Shown here in pieces: positions 1-10,970 of a stretch of DNA of 64,000 nucleotides. The first letter of the stretch is position 1. Each line of letters opens with the position of its first letter. A program made the translations under genes and the position numbers. The notes beneath the pieces are model-generated. The model did not search any database. It was not told the DNA's origin and saw nothing but the letters and a program-made list of their open reading frames with translations. The DNA comes from an uncultured virus (IMG/VR IMGVR_UViG_3300031758_000059) (lineage: Duplodnaviria > Heunggongvirae > Uroviricota > Caudoviricetes > Crassvirales), in IMG/VR virus record IMGVR_UViG_3300031758_000059; one strand, given 5' to 3'.

Positions 1-3000
1 TCGTAGAAACTAATGTTAACCCATACATGTTTGAGTTTTTGGTAGCAGTAGTGCTAAATGCAGCACCACTTGTTTGTATAGTTGTTCCTATGTTAATTGG
101 CGATGTTGTCCCAATTCCAACATTACCTCCGTATTGGAGAATCATTAAATGTGTTGCTCCTGCTCTAAAGTTTATACTTGTTCCTGAACTATTTGATACA
201 AATTCACCTAATCCTGAAATAAATTGACCTCCTGCCGATAATGACCCATTTGTATTTAATGTTACAATACCTGCATTTCCTTGTACATCTAATTTATAGG
301 AGGGAGATGAAGTACCAATGCCTAAACCTGTAGAGGTAAGACGCATTTGCTCGGAAGATGACGCATTAAATACTAAATCATTGCCGCTATTTCTTGCATA
401 TACTCCTGAATTATAATTTCCTGCACCTGAAAAGAAAATACCACCGTTGCTATAAGAAAAAATATCCCCATTAAAATAACTATTTCCATTTATTTGTATT
501 CTATATCCATTATCTACGGTAGTTCCAATAAGTACATTACCATTTTGTAAAAATCTTACTCTTTCGGTTCCTCCCGGCGCAAATACAAATTTATTAGTTG
601 TGCCGCCCGAATAATTAGAAACAAAGTTTAATGTATTATCGCCTGCTGAACTATGGTATATCTGTGAGTTTTGGCTTGAAGCAGCATTACCTAATTGAAT
701 ACCTCCATTGTAACCTGCATTGCCTCCACCTGTAGATTGAAATATTGCTTGAACAATATTATCATCTGCGCCTTTAACTTCTAATCTCTGAACAGGTGCA
801 TTTGTTCCTATACCTACGTTGCCTGCGGAGGTAATTCTAAACCTCTCTGTACCATCAGAAATTGTTGTTGCACCGCTTCTATAAACCAAATCATTACTCC
901 CTGCAGCATATCCCAAAACGCCTTTATCTGATTGCGCTATCTCTCCAAAGTAAATAAAACTTGCATATCCACTTTGCCCTAAAATATCTATTCTGCCATT
1001 AACATCAGTTCTAACTCTTATTAAACCTTGTGTCCCGTTTATATAAGTGTTTCCCGAAACCTGTAACTTATACCCTGCATCTGTGGTGGTTCCGATAAGT
1101 ATATTCCCATTCCCCCTTATTCTCATTAATACATTAGATGTATAAGAACCATTATAAAAAGAATGGAAGTCCATGTTAGTTACCCCTACACTATAAAACA
1201 TTCCTATAGCACCTACTATATTTGGATTATCGTTCCAAATTATGTTTTTATAATATCCATCATTTGTGCTCCAAGCAGGCATTGTTAAACTTACCATATT
1301 GGTATTAGCTAAAGTTGATGCAACATATACATCAAGTTTTGCGTAAGGCGAAGCAGTCCCAATACCTACATTGGTGCCATTGTCATAGATGATACTATTG
1401 GTAAGCGTATTGGCATCTTGCCATCTCGGCACATAATTAGCTGTACCACTACCATCAACAACTCCCCCTGCCGTCTCAATGATATTGCCTGAAGAGTCAA
1501 CGGCAAGATTATATGCAACAGTTCCGGTCTTAGAGCCTGAACCATAAGCATTGAAACGTACAGCGCCTGTTGAATTAAGTCTAATACCAATATTACCATT
1601 ATAATAAAAGTCAAGAATATTAGATGTTCTTGCGTAAATACCCGTTCCGCTTGCGATAGCACCATTAAACAATCCAATGCCGTTTGCATCGCTATATAAA
1701 TAACCCGTTGTAGTCCCGTTAGAATATGAAATAATATCTGTCGTTCCAACAACTGATAATTTTTGAACAGGAGCACTTGTTCCAATACCTACAAGACCGG
1801 CAGCAGTAATGCGCATGTGTTCAGAAGAACTCGTATAAAACCTTAAAGTTCCTGCAGAAGCTCTTAAAGACAATCCACCTGCTCCCGGTGCTAAAACCCT
1901 AAATCCATTAGCAACATCATCTCCACCTCCGGTAGCACCCCAATTATTGCCAAAAGCATCAATTAATCCTACTGCTCCAATGTCATTAGAAAACTGAAGT
2001 GTGTTTCTTGAAGTTGTTGCAGTGCTACTATTTTGCAATAATAAAGAAATGAAGTTTCCTGCAACTGAACTATATATATAAGTAGAACCTTCTACAGAAA
2101 GTTTTGATGAAGGACTTGCTGTCCCAATACCAACATTGCCACCTGAAGTGATACGCATGCGTTCGCCATAAGCAGAACCATCAAATGTTTGATATACTAA
2201 TTCTGCATATCCGCTCGCGTTTTGTACTGCTCCAAAATACGCTTCAGCATTGCCTCCAACTCCAAGTGAAATACCTGTTGTTGTTCCTGTAACAGGAGTA
2301 CCTCCCGATTTCAATCTTAAATTCATACCACTTCCCATAAACGAAGTGGAACTATAAGCTATCGCAGAAGCAGTTTGAAGATAACTTGAACCAAGTATAG
2401 CTAATTTTGCATAACTACTTGGATTTGTAAAACCCAATCCCAAACTACCATTCGCATCCAAACGCATGCGCTCGGTAGCATTAGTATAAAAAAGAATAGG
2501 TATTGCAATACCATTATATAAATATTGACCTGTTGCATTTATTCCAAATAAAGCACTACCTAATGTTGTTTGAGCTTCTAAATAAGCGTCATCTGTATTA
2601 AAAGTATTCCTAACTCTTATACCAACTCCTGCAGCCGATTGAACATCTAATCTAAATATAGGACTCGTAGTACCAATCCCTAATCTTCCACTCGCATCAA
2701 GCGTCATAGCTTGTGTAAATGATATGGCATTACCTGCCGTACCTGAAGGTGCGTTGTACCAAATGTGTGAAGCATTTGAGTTTTGGTCATAATAACTTGC
2801 AGCACTTGTTATTTTATATCTATATACTGAACCATCATAATAAGCGTTTCTAAATAATGAAACACCAAAAGATGGGTATACAGCCAATGAGCCAACATTA
2901 GAAATATCTAATGCAGTAAAACCACTCCACGCACTCGGTGTAACTCCTAAACCTAAATTGCCTGAAGAGTTTAAAGTAAGATTAGTTGCCCCATTGGTTT

Positions 3001-3316
3001 TAAATATCATTGCGTTTGTAGAATGACTATACCCAATAGCACCTGCAGCTCCATCTACATCTTTAAATTGTATATATTGTTCAGCAGTAGTACTTGATAA
3101 TAATGTTAAAAATGAACCTGCTGTTTTATTAACAATAATCTCTTCTCCACTATATGTTAAATTAGTACCGTTATCTACCAATAAACTATTTGCAATCGTA
3201 TCTTCACTCGTAAACTTAGGTACATAGTTAACCGTTCCCGTACCTACAATAAGGTTTATCGGGTCAATACCACTATCTGCTAATATGTTGTTACTTATCG
3301 TAGCTAAATTTGCCAT
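1..3316 (-). CDS. Giant tail-fibre protein, N-terminal part (runs off the left edge; absent from the ORF track)
   Basis: ATG at 3316 gives MANLATISNNILADSGIDPINLIVGTGTVNYVPKFTS. Same frame confirmed at 2465, 1814, 1361 and 113. Repeated (E)RMRIxxxGNVGIGT fibre motifs are the same family as in 59659-64000. Confidence 0.85.
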   Translation of the reverse strand, partial: MANLATISNNILADSGIDPINLIVGTGTVNYVPKFTSEDTIANSLLVDNGTNLTYSGEEIIVNKTAGSFLTLLSSTTAEQYIQFKDVDGAAGAIGYSHSTNAMIFKTNGATNLTLNSSGNLGLGVTPSAWSGFTALDISNVGSLAVYPSFGVSLFRNAYYDGSVYRYKITSAASYYDQNSNASHIWYNAPSGTAGNAISFTQAMTLDASGRLGIGTTSPIFRLDVQSAAGVGIRVRNTFNTDDAYLEAQTTLGSALFGINATGQYLYNGIAIPILFYTNATERMRLDANGSLGLGFTNPSSYAKLAILGSSYLQTASAIAYSSTSFMGSGMNLRLKSGGTPVTGTTTGISLGVGGNAEAYFGAVQNASGYAELVYQTFDGSAYGERMRITSGGNVGIGTASPSSKLSVEGSTYIYSSVAGNFISLLLQNSSTATTSRNTLQFSNDIGAVGLIDAFGNNWGATGGGDDVANGFRVLAPGAGGLSLRASAGTLRFYTSSSEHMRITAAGLVGIGTSAPVQKLSVVGTTDIISYSNGTTTGYLYSDANGIGLFNGAIASGTGIYARTSNILDFYYNGNIGIRLNSTGAVRFNAYGSGSKTGTVAYNLAVDSSGNIIETAGGVVDGSGTANYVPRWQDANTLTNSIIYDNGTNVGIGTASPYAKLDVYVASTLANTNMVSLTMPAWSTNDGYYKNIIWNDNPNIVGAIGMFYSVGVTNMDFHSFYNGSYTSNVLMRIRGNGNILIGTTTDAGYKLQVSGNTYINGTQGLIRVRTDVNGRIDILGQSGYASFIYFGEIAQSDKGVLGYAAGSNDLVYRSGATTISDGTERFRITSAGNVGIGTNAPVQRLEVKGADDNIVQAIFQSTGGGNAGYNGGIQLGNAASSQNSQIYHSSAGDNTLNFVSNYSGGTTNKFVFAPGGTERVRFLQNGNVLIGTTVDNGYRIQINGNSYFNGDIFSYSNGGIFFSGAGNYNSGVYARNSGNDLVFNASSSEQMRLTSTGLGIGTSSPSYKLDVQGNAGIVTLNTNGSLSAGGQFISGLGEFVSNSSGTSINFRAGATHLMILQYGGNVGIGTTSPINIGTTIQTSGAAFSTTATKNSNMYGLTLVST

Positions 3317-3320
3317 AATC

Positions 3321-6300
3321 TTATACCATTGTTAGTGAACGCCAAGTTCCGTTAGCGTAAATATACAAACCAATTACACTATTCGTTTGATAAACTATCA
3401 ATCCTTCAGGAGGAGTTGAAATTGCAGTACGCTGCGCCTGCGTCATACGTGGAGGTAAGAATCCTTTAGTCGTACTACTCATCTCAAATAACGCTGCAGC
3501 ATTAATCGTTGACGTACCCAATCCTATTGCTGACCCGCTATCATATAGCAAGCTATCTCCAATCGCACTTGTTCCGGTAAACTTCGATAAATAATTTGTC
3601 GTACCTGTACCGGTAACAGGATTGGTTAATACACTCTGATAGATAGGTATATTTAATGTTGCTCCTACTAAAGTAGCTGCTCCTGATGTCCCCGTGGTCG
3701 TAAGTGTTATTGCCGCCTGCTTGTTGTTAAAGGTGTTCCAATCAGTGCTGCTTAAATATCCGTTTGAGCTTGCACCTGCCTGCGTGATAGCAATTGTCGT
3801 TCCTACAAGGGTAATCGGAGCCGTAACTGAAATGGTGTTCTGCTTATTATTAAACGTAGTCCAATCCGTAGAACTCAAGTATCCGTTCTGTGAACCGCTT
3901 GCTTGAAGGATTCCAACAGTACCTGAGCCTGTAATCGTACCACCCGTTAACGGGCCGCTAAATGTTATTGAAGTAACAGTACCTACCGACCACGTGCGGT
4001 TAACACTTAAGTCGTAACTCGTACCATTAATTGTCAAAGTTCTTGTATCAGGCACACCACCCAATCCACTTAACGTGTAGTTAGGGACGTTTAAGGTAGC
4101 TCCGACTAAAGTCGATGCACCGCTATTACCTGTAGTTGTTAGTGTAATGGCGTTCTGCTTATTATTGAAAGTGTTCCAATCAGTGGAACTCAAATAACCA
4201 TTTGAGCTTGTAGTTGCTTGCGTTATCCCTATTGTACCTGACCCGGTAATCGTACCACCCGTAATTGGCCCTGTAGTAGCAATGCTCGTTACTGTACCTA
4301 CACTCCAACTTCTGTTGGCTGTAAGGTCGTAAGCCGTTCCGTTAATGGTAAGCTGACGAGTATCAGGAACACCGCCAAGCCCCGCAAGTGAATACTGAGG
4401 GACATTAAGAACCCCTGTTAAATTGCTGTAAGTAGCAGCACCACTGTTTCCTGTTGTTGTTAAACTTATAGCCTGACGTGCTCTACTATCAGTAAAGTAT
4501 AGATTGGTTCCTTCAGAGATATTAGAAGTAGTAAGAACTACAGCCCCTGTAAATCCGTTTACTGATGTAACAGACTCTGTATTATCTACTTTCTGCCAAG
4601 CGGACCCGTGAAACACAATCCAATCCCCTACCTGCCATCCACTAATGCCATCAATAGTCGTATTACCTGCTACACTTACAATATAAAAGTACCCATCTGT
4701 ACCAACACCTGAAGTGATGGTAGGAGTATTTGTAGAAGCGTTCCACGTACCCTGATATTGAAGTCCACCTATAAGGTCATTTACTTGTCCTTGAAGCTTT
4801 CCTAAAGCGCTAAGAATACTATCAGTAGCAGATATTGCTGTGCCGGTCACTGTAAGACCTGTAAGCACCTTGCCTGTAACAGCAGAGTTACTGAGCGTGA
4901 CACTTGCTGCGCCCGGTCCACTTGCTGTGGCTTCACCCGTCAGTGAAGTAATATAGTTACCCTGCGCTTGATACTGAGGGATATTCAGCACGTTGGATAC
5001 CAACGTAGCTGCACCACTCGTACCTGTAGTCGTCAGAGATGTAATTCGATTATCGTATGCCTCATCCCATTCAGCTTGAACAGCATTCGTTGGAAGGCTA
5101 TACCCTGAAGCAAAAGTAAGTGCAAGCGTACCGCTTGATGTTACAGGATTTCCACCAATAGCAAACCCCGTAGGAACAGTCATGTCTACGCTTGTCACCG
5201 TACCTACTGACCACGTTCTATTTGCAGAAAGGTCATAAGTCGTACCATTAATCGTTAGCGTTCTTGACTGAGGCGTATAAGCTGTAGTATCAACTATCAG
5301 CGTACCATTTGAGCCCGAAGTCTTAAGTATACCATTGGTAGTATACCCGATAAGCTGAATGCTTAAGTCAGAATTTAGTGACATGGTGTAGTTACCACCA
5401 TTCACCTCAAACATTATCTTACCGCCTACATTGTAGTTAGCAAGCGTAACCCTTGTTTCTGCAGTATTATAATACAAAGCACCGCTACCTGCTCCCATGT
5501 TTGTCAAATAATACGCAGGAGCTGTAACTGAGTTTGCAAATGTCTTTGCGCCACCTATCGTCTGAGTCGTAGCGTTCACAAATCCTCTTGCTGAAGCTGA
5601 CGCATCAGGGATATTGAACGTATGAACAGTACCTGCACTAACAATATTGAAGTCAGTACCTGTTGTTCCGGTAGCAAACGTTTGATTTGAAGACAGCGCG
5701 AGGCCGTTTAATGTTCTTGTAAGAGGAACATATCTCAAATCTAAATCAACACTCGCAAGACCCGTCACGTGACCAAAGGTGTCAAGCGTTACATCTTGAA
5801 TAACCGTGCCACCTGCATTGTCAACACTTGTCTGAGACGAAGTATCTGCGTGGCTAATAGTTCCTGACGTAGTAATTGTACCACCGCTAAGACCTGAACC
5901 TGCAGTAATTGATGTAACAGTTCCTACGTTCCACGTTCTATTAGCGCTCAGGTCATACGTAGTACCATTGATGGTAAGCGTGATAGCCTGATTAGCCGGA
6001 GTGTATCCAAGAAGCGTAGCAATAGTTGCACTCTTCCAAAGATTAACTGTGGTATCACGGTATAGAACACCGTTATTTATGTAAGGGGTAGGAGCAACGT
6101 CATGTAGCTCCTCAAGCTCATAACCATTGTCAACCTTAACGTATATCTTACCATTGTTGGCATTAGAGTACTCTACGTATCCAACAATTACAGTATGCTG
6201 TGGCGCAGCCGGCTTGATATTAGTAATTGCACCCGGAGTAGTTGGACTCAAATAAAGAACGTCACCATCACTCCACGTCTCACCTTGAAGATTACCTGTA

Positions 6301-8816
6301 GTGTTTACGTTAATAATCTGACCAATGTTTACAATAAATCCTTCCTGATTGGTTGATATATCCTCGCATACCAATCCAAGTGTAGATGCACTATTAGCGT
6401 CATTGTTAGCCTGCGCCAACGAAACAGCAAGTCTTTGTCCCTGCGCTCCCGCAACTCTTACAGCTTGATAAGCTGTTCTTGATAGATTACCTCCTGTGCT
6501 ATTGCGCACTCTTGCTACAACACTTTCTCCAATTGGAAGGTTGTAAGTGTTTCCTTTCAAAGATAGCCTAATCGTACCCTCAGTGTTATCCCACCACATT
6601 ACTCCTTCAGCAGAAGGAATGTTACTACTTGAAGGATTAAATCTAACAAAGTCAGAAATCAGTCCATACGTACCAAGGTTAACATCTTGTGTTGCACCTG
6701 TGTACGGAACATATCCTGTAAGTACAGACCCGTAATCAGGAATATTAAGTATACCTGTTATGTTGCTATACGTTGCAGGACCGCTTGTGCCTAATGTGGT
6801 CAAACTAATAGCCGCACGTGAACGTGCGTCTGTAAAATATAAATTAGTGCCCTCGGTAACAAGGGTCGTTGTATAATCGCCCGACTGAGCTATAATCGCC
6901 CCTGTCCTTCCGAACACACTTGTCACCGGGGCAGTATCGTAATCCGTCCATGAAGCAGTGATGGTCCCACCATCCTGCTGATTCATGGTTAATGTCTTTG
7001 TTGTTGTACCTGTAACTGTAGCAGATACAATCATATTGTTGTAAGCACTATCCCAAGTCGCTTGACTTACGTTTGTTGGAAGCGAATACCCCGCAGCAAA
7101 CGATACAGCAAGCGTGCCTGCTCCTGTAACAGGGTTGCCACTTATTGCAAACCCAACAGGAACGCTCATATCTACCGATGTAACGGTGCCTACAGACCAT
7201 GACCTGTCTGCGGACAAGTCGTAGGAGGTGCCGTTAATAGTTAATTGACGTGTTGTGGGGACACCGCCAATGTCACTTAACACCTCACTACCTGTCCTAT
7301 ACTTAATAACCCCTGAGTCAGATACTAAAAACTTATCTGTGTCAGTGGCTGCATTTGCAATGGTCTCAATGTAAAGGTTACCCTCAATACTAAGCTTATA
7401 CCCACTATCAGTAGTGCTATCACCAAGTATCATATTGCCATTGGCAAATAGTCTTGACACCTGTACACCACCAATATACTCAACAACGTTGCCATCAGTA
7501 TACGTATGGAACGTAGTTCTCGTGACATTATTCATCACGATAGAGTACGTATACGTAGTAGTAGCTGTATTGATAAAGCTTACTGTAGCTCCGGCTGCAT
7601 TATTGTAATTAAAGTCAACAACGCCTGTACCGTGAGAGATAATACTATCTCCAAGAGTAGTGAGTCCCGTCCACATCGGCACGTAATACGTAGTACCCGT
7701 ACCGGTAACAGGGTTAGTAAGCGCGTTTTGCTTGTTGTTAAATGTATTCCAATCAGTAGAGCTCAGATATCCATCTGAACTTACACCCGACTGCGTAATT
7801 CCTATCGTCCCTGTAGTTGTTATAGGTCCACCTGTAAGCGGTCCGGTAGTATCTATCTGCGTAATCGTACCCACGCTCCAACTCCTATCAGCAGATAGGT
7901 CATAGGCTGTCCCATTAATAGTCAATTGACGGGTTGATGGTACACCACCAAGCCCACTTAACGTATAATTAGGGATATTAAACTCACCCGACTCGTCATT
8001 ATAGGTAGCAGCCCCACTATTTCCCGTAGTTGTCAGGCTAAGCGCTGCCCAAACACGCTCGTCAGTGTAATAAAGGTTTGTACCCTCTGCAATATCAGTA
8101 GTAGTTAGTACAACAACCCCTACTTTTCCATTTACCGATACAACCGTATCAGTATTATCAACCTGTTGCCACGCTGTTCCGTCAAAAATCGCCCAATCCC
8201 CCACATTCCAATCGGTAATACCATCCAAATTGGTGCTACCCGCTACACTTACGACATAATAATAGCCTTTTTGACCTACTCCACTTTGTAAAGTGGGCGT
8301 ATTTGTAGCCGCATTCCACGTTCCTTGGTACTGAACACCACCAACAAGGCTATTAATTTGGTTTTGAACCTTACCAAACGCCTGTAAAATGGTGTCAGTG
8401 TCATTAACAGAGCCCCCTGTGATGGTAAGACCCGTCAAAACTTTGCCAATAACAGCACCATTGCTCAGCACAACAGTCGCTACACCGGGCCCTGAAGCCG
8501 TAGCCTCACCACTAAGCCCTGTAATGTAGTTGCCCGCAGGCTGATAGACCGTTGAATCAAGGCTGCCGTCAGCTTTTACGAACTGAGTAGACAGTCCACC
8601 CGGTACAATAAAGGCTGATGCCGTTATACTGAATAAACCTAAGTCAACATTTTTAGTAGCACCTACATAGGGGACGTAGTTATCTGCTATAATGAGGTCA
8701 GTAATATCCCCAATGGAGAAATTTTTCGTCTCATTAAGATTCTCCACATCAGTACCAATCAACAAATCGTTGAAAGTAGGTACAGATATTAAAGGATATG
8801 TACTTATCCGTGCCAT
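3321..8816 (-). CDS. Tail fibre / fibre-like structural protein, 1831 aa
   Basis: Thr/Gly/Ser-rich, with many internal repeats (RxLTINGTxYDLSAxRxWSVGTVTS, GYLSSTDWNTFNNKQ, YQGTWNAxTNTP). Confidence 0.8.
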   Translation of the reverse strand: MARISTYPLISVPTFNDLLIGTDVENLNETKNFSIGDITDLIIADNYVPYVGATKNVDLGLFSITASAFIVPGGLSTQFVKADGSLDSTVYQPAGNYITGLSGEATASGPGVATVVLSNGAVIGKVLTGLTITGGSVNDTDTILQAFGKVQNQINSLVGGVQYQGTWNAATNTPTLQSGVGQKGYYYVVSVAGSTNLDGITDWNVGDWAIFDGTAWQQVDNTDTVVSVNGKVGVVVLTTTDIAEGTNLYYTDERVWAALSLTTTGNSGAATYNDESGEFNIPNYTLSGLGGVPSTRQLTINGTAYDLSADRSWSVGTITQIDTTGPLTGGPITTTGTIGITQSGVSSDGYLSSTDWNTFNNKQNALTNPVTGTGTTYYVPMWTGLTTLGDSIISHGTGVVDFNYNNAAGATVSFINTATTTYTYSIVMNNVTRTTFHTYTDGNVVEYIGGVQVSRLFANGNMILGDSTTDSGYKLSIEGNLYIETIANAATDTDKFLVSDSGVIKYRTGSEVLSDIGGVPTTRQLTINGTSYDLSADRSWSVGTVTSVDMSVPVGFAISGNPVTGAGTLAVSFAAGYSLPTNVSQATWDSAYNNMIVSATVTGTTTKTLTMNQQDGGTITASWTDYDTAPVTSVFGRTGAIIAQSGDYTTTLVTEGTNLYFTDARSRAAISLTTLGTSGPATYSNITGILNIPDYGSVLTGYVPYTGATQDVNLGTYGLISDFVRFNPSSSNIPSAEGVMWWDNTEGTIRLSLKGNTYNLPIGESVVARVRNSTGGNLSRTAYQAVRVAGAQGQRLAVSLAQANNDANSASTLGLVCEDISTNQEGFIVNIGQIINVNTTGNLQGETWSDGDVLYLSPTTPGAITNIKPAAPQHTVIVGYVEYSNANNGKIYVKVDNGYELEELHDVAPTPYINNGVLYRDTTVNLWKSATIATLLGYTPANQAITLTINGTTYDLSANRTWNVGTVTSITAGSGLSGGTITTSGTISHADTSSQTSVDNAGGTVIQDVTLDTFGHVTGLASVDLDLRYVPLTRTLNGLALSSNQTFATGTTGTDFNIVSAGTVHTFNIPDASASARGFVNATTQTIGGAKTFANSVTAPAYYLTNMGAGSGALYYNTAETRVTLANYNVGGKIMFEVNGGNYTMSLNSDLSIQLIGYTTNGILKTSGSNGTLIVDTTAYTPQSRTLTINGTTYDLSANRTWSVGTVTSVDMTVPTGFAIGGNPVTSSGTLALTFASGYSLPTNAVQAEWDEAYDNRITSLTTTGTSGAATLVSNVLNIPQYQAQGNYITSLTGEATASGPGAASVTLSNSAVTGKVLTGLTVTGTAISATDSILSALGKLQGQVNDLIGGLQYQGTWNASTNTPTITSGVGTDGYFYIVSVAGNTTIDGISGWQVGDWIVFHGSAWQKVDNTESVTSVNGFTGAVVLTTSNISEGTNLYFTDSRARQAISLTTTGNSGAATYSNLTGVLNVPQYSLAGLGGVPDTRQLTINGTAYDLTANRSWSVGTVTSIATTGPITGGTITGSGTIGITQATTSSNGYLSSTDWNTFNNKQNAITLTTTGNSGASTLVGATLNVPNYTLSGLGGVPDTRTLTINGTSYDLSVNRTWSVGTVTSITFSGPLTGGTITGSGTVGILQASGSQNGYLSSTDWTTFNNKQNTISVTAPITLVGTTIAITQAGASSNGYLSSTDWNTFNNKQAAITLTTTGTSGAATLVGATLNIPIYQSVLTNPVTGTGTTNYLSKFTGTSAIGDSLLYDSGSAIGLGTSTINAAALFEMSSTTKGFLPPRMTQAQRTAISTPPEGLIVYQTNSVIGLYIYANGTWRSLTMV

Positions 8817-9271
8817 TACTGAGTATTTTTCTTCACTGCACTACCAAAATAATAACCAAAGATTGAAAGCACAACACCCTCCGCAATCCCTATTAGATGT
8901 ATAAATAGTTCTTTATTCTCTTTTGGTATATCAAGGTAGACAATGGCGTAAACAATGAATACAAAAACGCCTAATCCAATTAGACCGGTAAGATTAAATA
9001 AGAAATCAAACTTACCTGTCTTTGCTATTTCAACCTCACGTGTGCGCGCAGACTCTCTATCACGCACCTCCAACTCATACAACTCTTTTATCTGCTGATG
9101 AGCCGCCTCTTTATCAGCAGGACTCAGCTCAGGAGATTTATCAACTAAATTTTTTACGATACCTAAGACTCCGGAATCCGGAAGCAAGTCACCAACCTTC
9201 GCCAAAATATTTGGAGCTTTGGTCTTAAGAAACTGACCAACCTTGGTGTCCTTAAACTTCTTGTCCTTCAT
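8816..9271 (-). CDS. Putative holin
   Basis: Two C-terminal hydrophobic segments ending IFGYYFGS, directly downstream of the endolysin. Confidence 0.6.
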   Translation of the reverse strand: MKDKKFKDTKVGQFLKTKAPNILAKVGDLLPDSGVLGIVKNLVDKSPELSPADKEAAHQQIKELYELEVRDRESARTREVEIAKTGKFDFLFNLTGLIGLGVFVFIVYAIVYLDIPKENKELFIHLIGIAEGVVLSIFGYYFGSAVKKNTQ

Positions 9272-9714
9272 ACCTTAACATATTGAGTCTTTCCGTTTAT
9301 CTTAACTGCTTTTAATACTTGCTTGCGGTTGTTTTTTGCATTGAAAGACACATGCACCCATGATGGCTCAGCGTCTGTTCCAAACTCCCATATCACTTGG
9401 TCAAAGTCAAGATTTTCTTTAATGAACTTAAACATCTCGTGATTACGTCCCTCTACCTGCAAATCAGCAGCCTGCCCAAAGCAGTGCTGTGATGTTCTGC
9501 TCCCACCAATCATTGCATTGAGCGCAGCAGCTCTATAGCCTGAACTAACATTGATAGTGCATCCCATGTGCTCACGCAGTGGTTGCAAAACTTTCTCACA
9601 AAGAATACGCATATTCTCAATATGCTCTTCACTTGGTTTGTTTGCAATACCCTTACGAATAGCCGTTGGGCTAAAGGTTAACTCATGCAACGAAAAGTTT
9701 TCAGTCAATTTCAT
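9268..9714 (-). CDS. Endolysin, peptidase M15A family (Zn-dependent)
   Basis: Motifs NFSLHEL, SSGYR, SQHCFGQAAD and WVHVS are typical of peptidase M15. Confidence 0.85.
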   Translation of the reverse strand: MKLTENFSLHELTFSPTAIRKGIANKPSEEHIENMRILCEKVLQPLREHMGCTINVSSGYRAAALNAMIGGSRTSQHCFGQAADLQVEGRNHEMFKFIKENLDFDQVIWEFGTDAEPSWVHVSFNAKNNRKQVLKAVKINGKTQYVKV

Positions 9715-9998
9715 TTTGAAAGAATTTCAATTATCACTTTTAATGCCCCAATGCCAATTAGCGTAACCATCGCATAGAAATATGCTTTGTACTTTTTTAT
9801 CTCAGCTTTCATGGCATAGACTTCTTTTTTCATGTTCCTCAAATCACCAATCATTCCACTTGCGTCTTTATCAATTGGATTGCCTGACAAGATGTGATAC
9901 ATATCTGTTACCATAGCTTTTACTTCAGCTACGTCATTTTTCAACGCATCTAATTCTGCTGCCATATAATCAAGCCTGCTGTTTTCTATTGGGTTCAT
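9711..9998 (-). CDS. Coiled-coil protein with C-terminal membrane anchor (lysis cassette)
   Basis: Heptad-like N-terminus and hydrophobic C-terminus; stop overlaps the endolysin start. Confidence 0.5.
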   Translation of the reverse strand: MNPIENSRLDYMAAELDALKNDVAEVKAMVTDMYHILSGNPIDKDASGMIGDLRNMKKEVYAMKAEIKKYKAYFYAMVTLIGIGALKVIIEILSK

Positions 9999-10020
9999 CT
10001 TACTTGTATTGTAATAGCGA

Positions 10021-10278
10021 TTACCATAATGCTATAATGTTGTTTGCGTTTGTTGTCGATGCAAATACTCTAATTACCTGTACAGGTAAAAATGTTCCGT
10101 TCGGTATGTTTATAAAAGTGATGTCATCACCACCTGCAGTAAGAACACGAAGTGTTCCACCTGTACCAACATAGAGAACGCATCCTTCAACCTCGCCATT
10201 ACTCGGATTGGGAATATCAACTGTGTCACTTTTTGTAACAGCAGCAGCCCGTGCCGGTTGGAGTTTCTGATATGCCAT
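10021..10278 (-). CDS. Small beta-rich virion/spike-base-like protein
   Basis: LYVGTGGTLRV...GTFLPVQVIRV pattern, familiar from small phage structural proteins. Confidence 0.45.
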   Translation of the reverse strand: MAYQKLQPARAAAVTKSDTVDIPNPSNGEVEGCVLYVGTGGTLRVLTAGGDDITFINIPNGTFLPVQVIRVFASTTNANNIIALW

Positions 10279-10280
10279 GA

Positions 10281-10451
10281 TTAATTTGTTTTATTTTGTT
10301 TATAAGGAAACGCACGATTAAGTGCATCTTTTCTTTTTTTACAACCACAGTCTTTACCTGTTGCCTTGGCTACTGTCTCGACAACTTTCTTAATTCCTGT
10401 AGCTGTTGTGAACTTCTCAATACTATCTCCAAGTCCTTTACTCTTTTCCAT
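10281..10451 (-). CDS. Small basic protein, 56 aa (absent from the ORF track)
   Basis: Translated by hand: MEKSKGLGDSIEKFTTATGIKKVVETVAKATGKDCGCKKRKDALNRAFPYKQNKTN; fills the intergenic gap. Confidence 0.75.
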   Translation of the reverse strand: MEKSKGLGDSIEKFTTATGIKKVVETVAKATGKDCGCKKRKDALNRAFPYKQNKTN

Positions 10452-10529
10452 TTGGCTCTATTTTAAGCAACAATGGCATCAGCCCTTTTGGAACTGATGC
10501 CTTGCTACAATTACTAACCTATTAATTCT

Positions 10530-10937
10530 TTATTGAACTTCTTCATCATCGGATGGCTTCTCGGCCTCAATGCCTTCTACCCATCCTGCGAGGAATTTCA
10601 GGTCATCAATGCCTTCGGTTGAAAATGTAAATTGATAAAACTCAAACTCTTTATCAAGTAGCGCTTTCATATCCTTAGCCATTGCCTTGATTGCATCTTT
10701 TGTAAACTTGTACTCACCTTTTTCATTCAACTCTAACACACCATTAGATGCAGTAAACGCATGGTCAAGACGAATGTCTTCACGCTGTTCATTGTACTCT
10801 TCAAAGAGCTTCTTAATTTTTTCAGCAATCTTTTTAAGTTTTGCTTCTTTCTTGCTTCCTTTCTCTGCAGGTGTCATGTTTAATGCACGCACCAACTCAA
10901 GTAATTCAGCATTTGTTTTTGTGACTTTTTGTGCCAT
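10530..10937 (-). CDS. Hypothetical protein
   Basis: 135-aa ORF with an AAATCAAATCCA leader and an upstream TATATTTG element (10963-10970). Confidence 0.7.
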   Translation of the reverse strand: MAQKVTKTNAELLELVRALNMTPAEKGSKKEAKLKKIAEKIKKLFEEYNEQREDIRLDHAFTASNGVLELNEKGEYKFTKDAIKAMAKDMKALLDKEFEFYQFTFSTEGIDDLKFLAGWVEGIEAEKPSDDEEVQ

Positions 10938-10970
10938 TGGATTTGATTTTTAATTTATAGAACAAATATA

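Noticed and set aside
1366..1785. 139-aa ORF from the track
   Set aside because: It lies out of frame within the longer fibre ORF 1-3316 on the same strand.
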